Source: the human T2T-CHM13v2.0 reference genome, Homo sapiens. Taken from it: a DNA stretch of 64,000 bases. Below the pieces are notes generated by a model, which was not told the origin of the DNA, made no database searches, and was given only the letters and a program-made list of their open reading frames with translations. This document shows, one piece after another, positions 1 through 13,454 of the stretch (its first letter is position 1; each line of letters opens with the position of its first letter). Where the stretch lies: NCBI GenBank assembly GCA_009914755.4, contig CP086569.2, positions 3,360,001-3,424,000 of the forward strand, read 5' to 3'. Position numbers and translations under genes: made by a program.

Positions 1-3000
1 ATCTGTACCATGGGCGCCAATGCTTCGGCGTTAGAGAAAGAGATTGGTCCAGAACAGTTTCCGGTCAACGAGCATTATTTTGGATTAGTCAATTTTGGGA
101 ATACCTGCTACTGCAATTCAGTTCTTCAAGCACTTATTTTTGTCGTCCGTTTCGGGAAAAAGTTCTTGCATATAAGAGTCAACCTAGGAAAAAGGAGAGC
201 TTTCTTACATGCTTAGCAGATCTCTTCCACAGCATAGCCACTCAGAAGAAAAAGGTTGGAGTAATACCTCCGAAGAAGTTCATCACAAGATTACAGAAAT
301 AAAATGAGCTTTTCGACAACTACATGCAACAAGATGCCCATGAATTCTTAAATTACCTACTAAATACAATTGGTGATATTTTACAAGAAGAGAGAAAGCA
401 GGAAAAACAAAATGGTCGCTAACCTAATGATAATATTGATAATGAAAATAATAGCAGCACACCAGACCCAACGTGGGTTCATGAGATTTTTTGGGGAACG
501 TTAACTAATGAAACCAGAAGTCTTACTTGCGAAACTATAAGCAGCAAAGATGAAGATTTTTTAGACCTTTCTGTTGACGTGGAACAAAATACATCAATTA
601 CTCACTGCTTAAGGGGTTTCAGCAACACAGAAACTCTATGCAGTTAATACAAGTATTACTGTGAAGAGTGTCGCAGCAAACAGGAAGCACACAAACAGAT
701 GAAAGTTTAAAAACTGCCCATGATTCTAGCTCTACACTTGAAGAGATTTAAATATATGGATCAACTTCATCGATATACAAAACTCTCTTACCGGGTGGTT
801 TTTCCTTTAGAACTTCGTCTATTTAACACTTCAGGTGATGCCACCAATCCAGACAGAATGTACGACCTTGTTGCTGTTGTGGTTCACTGTGGAAGTGGTC
901 CCAATCGAGGCCATTATATTGCGATAGTTAAGAGTCATGATTTTTGATTGTTGTTTGATGAGACATTGTAGAAAAATAGATACACAAGCTATTGAAGAAT
1001 TCTACGGGTTGACATCAGATACTCAAAGAACTCTGAGTCTGGTTACATCCTTTTCTATCAGTCTCGGGACTGAGGGGGAACTGCGATGAAGAGATACTTT
1101 CTGCCTCATTTCTTTTCTGGTTATTTTGGAAAGGATCAAGCACTGATTTTTCAAGAAAAGAGAAATGCAGGAAGCTCAGGGGTCAGTAGCAGGCTTTGCA
1201 CACGATAAAGCAAAAACGATGGATTGACAAGCCCTTCTGATCATGGTAGTTGATTTATTTGCTCAGGTATCATGCTGTCTGTACAGTTCCATACAACAAG
1301 GAGGTGAAATCCATACCAGCTTCTCTTGTAAAACAGCCTTCCAGTCATTGACAGGCATTTTCTCTTTGCTAATTGCACCAATAATGCTTTGAATTCCTTA
1401 GGGGTGCGGTAGAAAGAATCGGAATCTGGACTGTATTGGTAAGGAGATGATGTTGAACGCACTGCATAAATTTGCCTGGTTCAGTATGTATAGAAGCATA
1501 TTCAGTGGTCTTTTCAAGAGTAAACCAGAAATACTTTTGGGCCCAACACTTGCAGTTGCTTTCCTGATGTAAAAACTAACATGCTAGATAATCCAGTGTC
1601 AGGAAGACAAAGATGCTTTGCTTCTCTGAAGAAGCTTATAATAATATACAGTATATGTATATGTAGGGAGCAATTGGTCAAAAGTGGCTTTTTGTTTCCA
1701 CAAGGGGAAAGACTGGCTATGTAATTATAATTTTTTCCTTATTTATTTTACTTAAAGCTGGTAGAGTCTAAGTATTGTATGAAGTGCCCATGATTCTGTC
1801 AGTAAATTTGAGCATATTTTTATCAGTTAATGTCATTTTAACTGGTCCTTTTGTTTGTTTCTATTTTTAAGGTGAATTTTAAATTATATCTGAAATCAGT
1901 AAGATACCTTGAGAAAAACTGCAATGAGAGGAGGTAAATATCCTTTTCAGGAGGAACTGATATCTCTGGCTAAATATTTGTCCTTTTATTATGGCATCTA
2001 AATCAGTTATTTTCTTCAGCTTTAATTTCATAAAATTAAAAAACTATATAAAAAATTCCTGTAGTTGTTGGAATAATTAAAAATTCTGGTGCAGTGGTGG
2101 TATACCAATCTTTAGAATTCTTAAGAATTCTAATGTTTCAAGTTGAGGCCATGCTTGGGAAAATCATGTCATAGCATTTATGTTATTTTCAGATATCATT
2201 TTTTACCTTGGAAAGAAGTAATAATGTTCATCATAACCCTAACAGCCTGGATAGTGAGCTAAACAAACCCTTTGAAGATTACATTTTAATCAAGTAGACT
2301 AGGAATATAAAAAACAAGTCCTTCCTCCCCTTCCCCCCACCTTTACAAATCTTACTGGAAGGGTGTTCAGAAATTAAAATTTGTGTTTGCTAAGACTTCA
2401 TTCTATTGGGGGTTTTAAGAAGTAATATATGTAATGTAAAATGTATGTAAACCACTGCAGTTTTTTTGGACATTTTTCCATGTATCAGTAAGTTGTCTGA
2501 CAGTAGCCAAATGTAACTTGCAGAAAGTTATTGAAAGTTATATTGAGAATAATAGCAATCAGGCCTTGGATGTTCTTTATTAAACTCTTTTCAAGCAGTA
2601 AATTTTAAAAAAAAATCTGCCATTTTCTAAAGTTCTTTTGCTAAGACTGTTGACTACGGAAAACAAACAACAAAATGGAATGTTTTTAGTCTGCTGCTAT
2701 TATTAACATTTGTTATCTGTACCTTTTGGCTCAGGAAATTACTTCACCTATTTGTTCCATAAGCAGACTTTTAACAGGGTCATTTAGGTAACTGGGCTGC
2801 TTAAACAGATGTGCTGGGAGAAAATTATAATATTTAGTATTTGTACTAAATATCAAAAGTATTTTGGCAAGTTTCTTTTTAAAATAGTTTCTAAAGCCTT
2901 ACCCTGGCTAGAGATGTTTTGTACAAATGATATACAGCCTGCCTGATCTACCAACATGCCAGAGAATCACAATCAACAATGTGGGGAAAGTTAGGGCAGT

Positions 3001-3700
3001 GGAAGTGGATGCACACTTTTTATTTTGAGGGCTTAAACCAAATTGTTTTGGACTTAAAGCTGTATTTCTGCAACTTTCAGTACAGAGAAAAAGGGGAAAG
3101 TGAAGCTGTGTCAGTTTTAACATTAGCTATATCACAACATGTTTAAGAAAGATAGATGAAGTCATTTGCATAAAGGTACAGCATTGAAATACTATGTTGT
3201 GTTTGTTTTTACATTTTTGCCAAAAAAAATACAGTAAAAGCCAAGTTAAATTTCATATTAAAGCAAGTTCTAGTATATGTATTGAGTTCCTGGTAGTCAC
3301 ATACTTTGTTCACATCTGCACCATACTTCGTAGTATGATTTGTCAGGGGAGGGACTGTGGGGTGACAGTTTCACATTTACTTTTTCTTCTTAATGCAGCT
3401 GGATCTAAGTAAAATGTTTTGAAGTTTATCAGAAACTCAGTATACTTTTAAAATATATAGGGTCAGGGTTGGGGGAAAAATACAGGTATAGTAAGAAAAG
3501 TGACCCATGAAGAAAGCATTGTGAGGTTGTATGTTGGTTGACTGTGATTAAAATGCGAGGCTGGTGTAAGTTGTAAATGGTGGCTGATTGCCATGTAACT
3601 ATGTACATGATTGTTGGGATGGCTGTCCCATATTTTGTATATTGGAATAAATATTTCTATAAATTATTGTAACTAAAAGTAAATATTCTAAATTAAATCC
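1..3700 (+). pseudogene. USP12: Processed (retroposed) pseudogene of USP12, 5'-truncated by the window edge. The CDS-derived part runs ~10-1073 and 3'UTR-derived sequence runs to ~3700; the 3' boundary is uncertain.
   Basis: Translation from nt 10 gives [42 protein letters not shown], matching USP12 and not USP46 (which has [25 protein letters not shown]). The 720-947 ORF ([75 protein letters not shown]) matches USP12 residues ~262-335 exactly. The whole ~370-codon CDS is contiguous with no introns, so it is a retrocopy. Disabling lesions: a 1-nt deletion in a T-run ~134-140; a 1-nt deletion ~418-421; GAA>TAA at 645-647; TGG>TGA at 945-947; further 1-nt indels ~960 and ~1022. The native stop is TGA at 1071-1073. 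An AATAAA sits at 3646-3651, but no clean poly(A) tract follows. Confidence 0.9.
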
Positions 3701-3944
3701 CACTTCTTAAGTCTCATGGCTTCTGTCTTGGAAACTTTACCTTTAAAAGATTATTTAAGACAGGAACCAGGAGGTTTGGGCACAGGGAAAGAAGGAAATG
3801 CTGTATTATGTGGGTCTTGTGGCCTCTAACCATCAGTATAGGGTTTTTTCTTTCCTTGATGGCAGTAGAAAGACCTCATTTTCATAACATAACTACTCTT
3901 CATACTTTCTTAAAAACACTTTTTATTAAAGATTCCATCATGAA

Positions 3945-4170
3945 GTATTTGGCTGGGAGCTGGGAGGCTAAAGCACTCATGTCCTGGCTCTTCAGTGAAT
4001 TTAACTGTGTGACCTTGGGCAAGTCACTTAACCTCTCTGTACTTCAGTCTCCGTATCTTGTAAAATGAGAGTAATACTTACCTCACAGTGTTGTTGTGGG
4101 GATTAATTAGAGATAACGTCTGTAAAGCACTTAAGGTTCTTGAAGAAGGCTCTATATAAATACAAAATAA
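3945..4170 (+). repeat. MIR SINE fragment (3' half of the MIR consensus)
   Basis: Matches the MIR core: ctgtgtgaccttgggcaagtcacttaacctctctg...tcttgtaaaatgag..tacctcacag.gttgttgtgg.gattaa.tagagataa...tgtaaagcacttaag. Confidence 0.7.
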
Positions 4171-4240
4171 TATCTACTAAAGTTGGTTTATTTGTGTAAA
4201 AAGAAATATATATATACACAGGTATACATACATACACTAC

Positions 4241-5095
4241 AGGGCTACAGTAACCAAAACAGTGTGGCACTGGTATAAAAACAGACACATAGACTAATGG
4301 AACAGAATATAGAGCCCAGAAATAAGGCTGCCCACCTAAAATTATCTGATTTTTGACAAAGTGACAAAAACAAGCAATGGAGAAAAGACTCCCTCCTATT
4401 CAATAAATGGTGTTGGGATAACTGGCTAGCCACATGGAGAAGGTTTAAACTGCACCCATTTTTTACTTCACATACAAAAATCAACTCAAGGCAGAATAAA
4501 GATTTAAATGTGAAAACCAACACTATAAAAACCCTGGAGGACAACCTAGAAAAATACCATCCTGGACCTAGAAACTGGCAAAGATTTCATGACAAAGATC
4601 CCAAAAGCAATGATAGTAAAAGCAAAAATTTACAAATAGGATGTATTTAAATGTAAGAGCTTCACCATAGCCAAAGAAACTATCAACAGAGTACACAGAC
4701 AACCTATGGAACAGGAGAAAATATTTGCAAACTATGCATTTGACAAAGGTCTAATATATAGTATCTGTAAGGACCTTAAACAAGTTTACAAGCAAAACAC
4801 CAAGAGCCACATTAAAAAGGAGGCAAAGGACATGAGCACACTTTTCAAAAGAAGACATACATGTGGCCAACAAGCATGTGAAAAAAAAATTCAATTATCA
4901 CTGAGCATTAGAGAAATGCAAATCAAAGCCACAGTGAGATATCATCTCATACCTGTCAGAGTGGCTATTACTAGAAGTTGCAAAGTAGCAGATGTTGGCG
5001 AGGTTGTGCAGAAAAGGGAATCTTTATACGCTGTTGGTGGGAGTGTAAGTTAGTTCAACCATCATGGAAAGCAGTGTGGCAATTTCTCAAAGAGC
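4241..5095 (+). mobile_element. L1 (older L1P/L1M class) ORF2 3'-portion fragment, truncated at both ends
   Basis: Translation gives L1 ORF2 C-terminal motifs (..[22 protein letters not shown].., ..[31 protein letters not shown].., CWRGCGE-like, WKAVWQFLKELN). The track ORF 4706-5053 is part of it. Confidence 0.8.
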
Positions 5096-6525
5096 TAAAT
5101 AAAGGTTTCAATAGGCATTTGTAGTAAGATATTTCATGTTCTGTTTAAGTCTTTCACAGTTCATATTCTTGGTAAGACCTCATTAGTAAAATCTCCAGAA
5201 ATTCCACTACGTGTAGTCTCCCTAAACATAAGGCTGAGTCATTAAGACAGTAGCACAACCTAGAACTCTTCAGTCCCTGCTTTTCTGGAAGCCAATTTAA
5301 GTAGTTATATATTTCAATCAGAGAGTGAAACATGCATTAGCCTTAAGATTTTATTCAGAATTTTATAGATAAGTGTCTCGTTTCAATTATAATCCATTGA
5401 GATGGCTGAATATCTCACTAATGGAACAATGTTTCCTCTCAAAATTTATATTTGAATGTTTTAATACAAATGAAAATATTCTTATTTTTCTGTAGTACTT
5501 TGTTATCCTAAAATTTGAAAAATGTCAAAATCAAATATAAATATGATTGAAAATCAGTTTGTAAGTCTGTTCTTATCATTTTTTGTAAGAATTTATTTTA
5601 CCTAAGCTAGCTTTGCTTCACATTATATTTTGTGGAATTTTAATAAATGGTTTTGAATAGCAATCAACACAGAAGTTTTTCTAATATTTTTATTTGGTCC
5701 ATAAAACATTAAACAAATGACAGTTTCTCTTGTTTCAAATGAATGTGTCAGTGCTGAAAAAATTTTGATGTGCTACTCACATGAGCTCACTTATAGAATT
5801 TGAGAGAAAAATAACACAATTCAAATGTTATTTTATTTTGAAAACAACCCATTTATGAGGACATATTTACTGGCTATTTGTCCATAAACACTTTTTTTCA
5901 AAAGGAGGTATGTGTTTGTTTATTTGTATGTGTATGTATGTGTGCACGCACACTCATGTACACCTATACATTTATTAATATGGAAAACAGCTAAAACTTT
6001 AAAGAAAGGTTTCTGGTCTTTGTTTTTATTTCATTCATGACATTTCAAAGAAAACTCTACTAATTGGCTGCCATTGGGTCAGATTCCCACAGCTGGCTTA
6101 ATTTTAAAATAGAGGATCTACCACAGCATATACAGCAATAATTTCATAATTTTTAATTGAATCAAGATTTTTAAATTTTATAATGAAGTATATGTAAGGT
6201 ATCTGAGAACATATTTACCCAGATAATTTATTTTTTCTTTATATTTATAATTGTAAATATAATTCTACAGTGCAAATTATTAGGTAATTTAAAAAGCTCC
6301 TTACTAGAAGAAGGTTATCATAAAGGGGAAAAAAATCATACTTCAATTAGAAATTTAAAAGTTTTCCTTATAATTTCTAAATGTTAGTGCATCTTAAAGT
6401 AGAAATGATTTAATTTTTAATTAAATAAAAATAATTTTCTCATAAAAGTACATATATATATCTTTACTTCAGAAGACTATAAAATTTAAATATTATATCA
6501 ATTAATTTGTATAATAAAATTAATC

Positions 6526-6553
6526 ACTGTGTGTGTGTGTGTGTGTGTGTGTG
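6526..6553. repeat. (GT)n microsatellite, ~14 units
   Basis: The run ctgtgtgtgtgtgtgtgtgtgtgtgtgg is seen directly. Confidence 0.95.
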
Positions 6554-6639
6554 GTTCAGTTGAGTCATAAGTCATTCTCAAATTTGTAAGTTAGGCAATA
6601 TTACAAAATGTAGTTATCATTTAATGTTTCCCGTTCAAT

Positions 6640-6850
6640 GCGGCAAGTTATATTTTATATTTTATTACTGAAATGATCCTCACGACAGTGCTATAAAGGT
6701 GGTACTTTCAATATGTCTACTTTACAGATGAAACAGCTGAGTTAGAGAGATTATGTGCTTTATTCAAGGTTATATTTTTAGCATGAGGCAGGGCTATAAT
6801 TTGAACCCAAAATGTCTGACACGAGAGTTTACCCCCCTAAATTCTGAAGA
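6640..6850 (-). repeat. MIR SINE fragment, reverse orientation
   Basis: tttacagatgaaacagctgag.tagagagattatgtg...caaggt...ggcagggctataatttgaacccaaaatgtctgac matches the reverse complement of the MIR 5'/core region (tttacagatgaggaaactgaggcacagagaggttaagtgacttgcccaaggtcacacagc.. / ggatttgaacccaggtctg). Confidence 0.55.
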
Positions 6851-7128
6851 AAATTTCTCGAATAAAGAAAGCACCCAAGGTGAAAATCAATACATATTAA
6901 AACATATATGATTTGTCTGTGAGAATATCATGGGCAATTTCTCATAATTCTGAAGGTTTAAAAGCATGCATAACAAATGAATCAGTTCATAATTTCAAAT
7001 GACATATTATAAAACTCAGTTTAAAAAGTAATTAAAGTATCTATTATCAAACATAAAGTACAATAATACTAAGCAATATCCCATAATGATGGGCCATATG
7101 GTGAGATATTATGAAAAGCTATAACATT

Positions 7129-7451
<323 letters not shown>

Positions 7452-7910
7452 TTATCTTCAACACTTAAAATATATCTTTTGTGATTCCTCTAACAGCTCA
7501 AACATCACATAAAACAATGCAGAGGGTCAAAGCATTGTCATGTTCAGTTATTTCAGCAGCTAGTCACATATGACAGTAGGAATCTATTCTTTGAATAAAT
7601 ACGTTGAGACAGTTGTGTAGAATCCACTCACATGATACCCAACATATAACTGAAAATTACAATTGAAACTGATGGTTTAAACCATTAATTGCACCATCCA
7701 CTGAATTTTGTATATTTGTTATTTATGCTTGATAACTTGAATTGACTAATTGGTTCATAGATTGCCCGCTACTAATTCACCACCTCCAAAACACGAACAT
7801 CCCTTTGAGTACTTCTGTACTTGATCACACAAACAGAAAGGAGAAAGCACAGGTTTTGATTCTATCCACTGTGCTAAGAGCAGTATTCATTATTCACTTA
7901 ATGCTATAGT

Positions 7911-8271
7911 CTGAATGTTTCCTCCAAAATCCATGTTGAAATTTAATGGCTGTTGTGATTATATTAAGAGGTGAGAATAGTAAGAATGGGTTGCTGCCAT
8001 ATGCCATGGGGATGAGTTAATTATCCCGGGAGTAGGTTCCTGATCAAAAGCATGAGTTATACCCTCTTTCTTTCTGTCTGATGTACTCACCTGCCCTTCT
8101 GTCTTCTGCCATGTTTTGCTGCATCACAAAGACCTTCATTAGAAGCCAGCTCTTAGCCTTCTCAGCCTTCAAAACCCTGAGGCATATAAACTTCAATTTT
8201 TTAAATTAATTACCCAGTCTCTGGTACTCTGTATGGCAATGCAAAATAAACTAGGACATTTAACTTTGTTA
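7911..8271 (+). mobile_element. Ancient ERVL/MaLR-type solo LTR (MLT-like family; exact family not assigned)
   Basis: Starts tgtttcctccaaaatccatgttgaaatttaatggctgttgtgattatattaagaggtgag and ends ...aattacccagtctctggtactctgtatggcaatgcaaaataaactaggaca. This matches the common mammalian LTR whose consensus ends ..taagccacccagtctatggtattttgttatagcagcc...ctaagaca. The family name is recalled from memory and was not verified. Confidence 0.45.
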
Positions 8272-8501
8272 TTAGCTCTTCACTATAATTTTATTTGAAC
8301 CTTTTTTGTATCAAGTGAGTAAAAACAGCATGATATGTACTCAAAAAGTAGAAAGTAAATGAATATTTTAAAATAAATTATGCATTCAATCTCAAGCTGC
8401 TTTATCTGAATTACTGAAATTAGTTTTCCTCTCACAGCAAGTTTTTATTAAAAATGTCTAAAACATTCAGAGGCAAAAATATATAACAAAAATTTACCTT
8501 C

Positions 8502-8887
8502 TGATACGGTTTGGATCTGTGTTCCTGTCCAAATCTTGTGTTGAATTGTAATATTGGAGGTAGGGCCTGGTGGGAGGTAACTGGATCACCGGGGTGGTTT
8601 CTCATGGTTTAACACCATTCTCCTTGGAGCTTTGAGTTCTCACAAAATATGGTTGTTTAAAGCTCTGTAACACCTCCCCTCTCCCTCTCTTGGTCCTATT
8701 ACTGCATTGTAAGGCGCCTCCTCCCACTTTGCCTTCTACCTTGAGTAAAAGTTCCCTGAGGCCTCTCCAGAAGCAGATGATGCCATGCTTCCTGTACAGC
8801 CTATGGAACCATAAGCCAATTAAATCTCTTTTCTTATAAATGACCCAGTCTCAGGTATTTATAGCAGTGCAAGAATGGAGTAATACA
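8502..8887 (+). mobile_element. Solo MaLR LTR (MST/THE1-like) flanked by a 5-bp TSD CCTTC
   Basis: Begins tgatacggtttggatctgtgttcctgtccaaatcttgtgttgaattgtaat.. and ends ..ataaatgacccagtctcaggtatttatagcagtgcaagaatggagtaataca, the canonical MaLR LTR ends. The sequence ccttc is present at 8497-8501 and again at 8888-8892. Confidence 0.8.
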
Positions 8888-10129
8888 CCTTCCTTATGCT
8901 AAAGAAATGCTTCGCTGTGTAAAGGGTTCTATATACACACACAAACGTATACAGAAACAGAGACAAACTGGAGTCAGTTCTTAAAAGTTTCTAGGAATCT
9001 GATACCAAACATAAATTTTACTAACAAAGAAGAAAGAAAAGAAAAGGAAACATATAGTGTGTTGATTTATTCTAACCCAGCTACTTATATATGCCAGGTA
9101 CTAGTACTCTTCATTTGAAAATATAGATATTACTTTTAATGTTATTTGCAAAAAATAATAAATTAAAATAAATATATGTTTATATTACACCAGATTATAT
9201 CATATGAGCATTAGGGTATATTACTTCTCTCCCATGACTTTTGTTTTCACAAAGGCAAAAGATTGACAGATCAGCCATGCTACTAGTTTAGTAAATTTAG
9301 GTAAATGAATTAACTGTCCTATATTATAGTAAAAATACAGGAAAAAATAAAGTGTTTGGTGGATAGAATAATCTTTTACGAACAGCTAGAATGGTAGTTC
9401 TACTAGAATATTATCCGTACTCTTTAGCAGACAAAAATTTTTTACACATCATTGTAGGAAACAGGGCAATTTGAAATTAACTGGTGCTAAAATCTTTTCA
9501 TTACTCTACAGAAGTGTTTGTCAAAGTAAGAGCCTGGATTCACATTCATCAGAGTATGCTCTAAGCACTTCCTGTATCACTTAGGATGTAGCAAGTCACA
9601 AAAGATTATTGTTGTCTAACTTCAATAATAAGCCAGGTAAGTTACAAAGGCATAGTTTTTCTTTTTAAAAAAGTTTTAAATCTGAGGATAAAAAGAAAAC
9701 TAAATCAGCTAAAATGCAGAACATGAGAAGCCCTTCATAGGAGAGAAGAGGCTCATGTTTACTTTGTTCCTTTATAGAGTGCTGTGAGGAGAGGAATCTA
9801 CTATAGATAATTGTTAATAGCAACCACTCAAATATTGAACAGACCTTTGATAACATGTATAAGCCGGTTTATTGAATTGGGATCTGCAAACACCCCAGCA
9901 ATTAAAAAAGTATGTACAGTGCTTTCAACACTTTCCCATGGGCCCTCAAAGAATCTTAAGGGATAATATGCTAAAAGTTGCAGACAGAAGAAAACTGAGA
10001 GATAGAGCCTCCAGAGATATAACTACCCTACTTCAGTCCACAAACAAAAATTAATTCAAGACAAATTATAGAGCAAAATATTAAATCTAGATTCATAAAA
10101 CTTCCAGGAGAAAATATTGAAAAAATCTG

Positions 10130-11120
<991 letters not shown>

Positions 11121-12133
11121 TTTTTCTAGTTACAGTGCTGATTCATAGATCCTACAACAGACCTATTGAAACTGGAATTCCAGGTTTGAGGCCCTAGAAT
11201 GTGCAATATTAACCAGCATACTGGGCAACTCTAATACACATTAAAATCTTAAACCCTTATCTGTAATATTCAACTTTATGTATTTTTACTACTGTATTTG
11301 CAAATTTTATTACTTCACTGTGGGCACGTAACTGATTTATAAACCTTTAAATAATGGTGTATGCTTAGAGAATCTTTTTATCTCTTATTGATTCTAACAT
11401 TTTTCTTGTCCTCTGGATTTAAAAAATTTTATTATGGTATACCTTGGTGAGATGTGCTTCATGCTTTTTGTGCTAGTTAGGATTCACTGAGCTGTGGGTT
11501 TATAATTTTCAAGTTTGGAAAATTTCTAGCCATTATATCTCTAAATATATTTCTGTTTGTTCCATGTCATCTATTCCGATGACTTGAGCTGCACATATAT
11601 TAGGCAATTTGAAGTTGTCTTGCTGTTCATTGACACTCTGCTAATTTTATTAGTGTTTCATGTTTTCTGTGATTTATTTTACATAGCTTTCTTATTGCTT
11701 TCTTCAAGTGTACAAATTCTTTCTATGTGGAAAATCTAGTCTGCCATTTATCCCATCCAGCGAATTTTATCTCAGGCATTCATTCTTACCTTCATCTCTG
11801 GACGTTAGATCTGAATCATTTTATACAACTCCCAATTCTCTACCTAATATGCTTTAATGTTTTGTCTGGCTTCTTAAACATAATAAAAACTGTTATAATA
11901 ATTATTGTTATGTCATGTTTATTAATCAATGTACTTCTGTATCTGTTTTGACTAATTGATTTTCCCTCAATATTAATTTGTATTTTTCTGTTACTTTGCA
12001 TGCTTGGTAAATTTGAATTGCTTATAATACATTGTGAATTTTAAATTGTGGATGCTAAATATTTTGTTAACCTATAAATTTTTGGATATTTGTTATTGGT
12101 CATGTTTTCATTACTTAGAAATAGTTTGATATT

Positions 12134-12457
12134 GGCCGGGCGTGGTGGCTCACGCCTGTAATCCCAGCACTTTGGGAGGCCAAGGCGGGCGGATCACGAG
12201 GTCAGGAGATGGAGACCATCCTGGCTAACACGGTGAAACCCCGTCTCTACTAAAAAAATAAAAAAAATTAGCCGGGCGTGGTGGCAGGCACCTGCTGTGC
12301 CAGCCACGCGGGAGGCTGAGGCAGGAGAATGGCATGAACCCAGGAGGCGGAGCTTGCAGTGAGCAGAGATGCACCACTGCACTCCAGCCTGGGCCACAGA
12401 GCAAGACTCCGTCTCAAAACAACAACAACAACAACAACAAAAACAAACAAACAAAAA
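12134..12457 (+). mobile_element. Alu (AluY/Sc-like) with an (AAC)n/(A)n-rich tail and a ~16-bp TSD gaaatagttt(g)atatt
   Basis: Starts ggccgggcgtggtggctcacgcctgtaatcccagcactttgggaggccaaggcgggcggatcacgaggtcaggagatggagaccatcctggctaacacggtgaaaccccgtctc and ends ...cagcctgggccacagagcaagactccgtctcaaaacaacaacaac.... gaaatagtttgatatt precedes it, and gaaatagtttgtttgatatt follows it. Confidence 0.95.
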
Positions 12458-13454
12458 CCCCAGAAATAGTTTGTTTGATATTTTCGGTTTTGCTGTTAAG
12501 CTTTGTTAGAAGATACTGAAACATAGTTTATTCTAGAAGTAAATTTTTCAACTACTTATGCAAAATTCTACTTAGTACTTTAATGATGCCCCATCAATTA
12601 TACAGTTCACTGCTTTGATTGTTGGAAACAGGCACTCTTCTTAGCTCAGTGTGAGGTCTTGGTATTGTTCCCTCTAACTCCTTTGGGTAATTCTCTCCCT
12701 AAACTGGTAATTTCCTCACATACTTGTGCTGATCAGTACTCAGTTGAATATTAGAGATTTCTGAAGTTCTGTTTGCACAAATACTTTGTAATATAAATGC
12801 TTGCTGCTTTTTCATCCCTAGAGTGGCAGCTCCTTCTGAATACAAGGAAATTGCAGGGTTTAACCGGAGTTAATACTCTCAATCAGTCATACAGCCCAGA
12901 AATCTACATCTTGGACTGCAATGATTCATGTATTTGACTTTTTGATATTTGTCTATTAGTCCCTGATGTTCTGTTCCTTTTTTGGTTTTGTTTTCTATCT
13001 TCCAGATTGATTAATCACTAATGATTTATCTTCAAATTCATCCACTCTCTCTATCATCTCTATTCTGCTACTGAGCACATCCTGTACATTTTTTAAATTT
13101 CAGAAAAGTATTTTCAGTTCTAAATTTTTCAGTTGTTTCATAGCATATACGTGTGTGTGTATAAACACATACATATGTATATTTGTCAGATTCACTTTCC
13201 GTCACTCTCAAGTGTGTTTACTTTTCACCTTATAGAGAATGGTTATAAATTAGCTGATTTAAAGTATTTTTCTGATAATTCCATTATTTAAAAATCTCTT
13301 TCTTTAATGAAAAAAATGCACATTCCTTGTTACTCCTTGCATTTTTCTTTTGGCTGTTTCTAAAAGGACATAGAATCTAATATAATGCAGAATTTAAGCC
13401 AAATATATCTGAAAGAAATGGGCATGAAGAGGGTTTTTTTTAATTTTTTTAATT

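Noticed and set aside
10-216. 68-aa ORF beginning [10 protein letters not shown].. as an expressed small USP-like protein
   Set aside because: It is the N-terminus of the USP12 retrocopy read up to the first frameshift at ~135. The remaining catalytic domain is out of frame and the locus has no intron or promoter evidence.
1241-1462. Minus-strand 73-aa ORF
   Set aside because: It lies antisense within the USP12-derived 3'UTR segment, with no support as a gene.
12415-12457. (AAC)n and poly-purine runs, and the many poly(A) and poly(T) tracts at 7411-7435, 10665-10689, 20919-20942, 36447-36468, 52648-52669 and 55828-55845, as terminators or regulatory elements
   Set aside because: Each is the A-tail of an adjacent Alu or L1, with poly(T) marking minus-strand copies. 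This is an expected by-product of retrotransposition.
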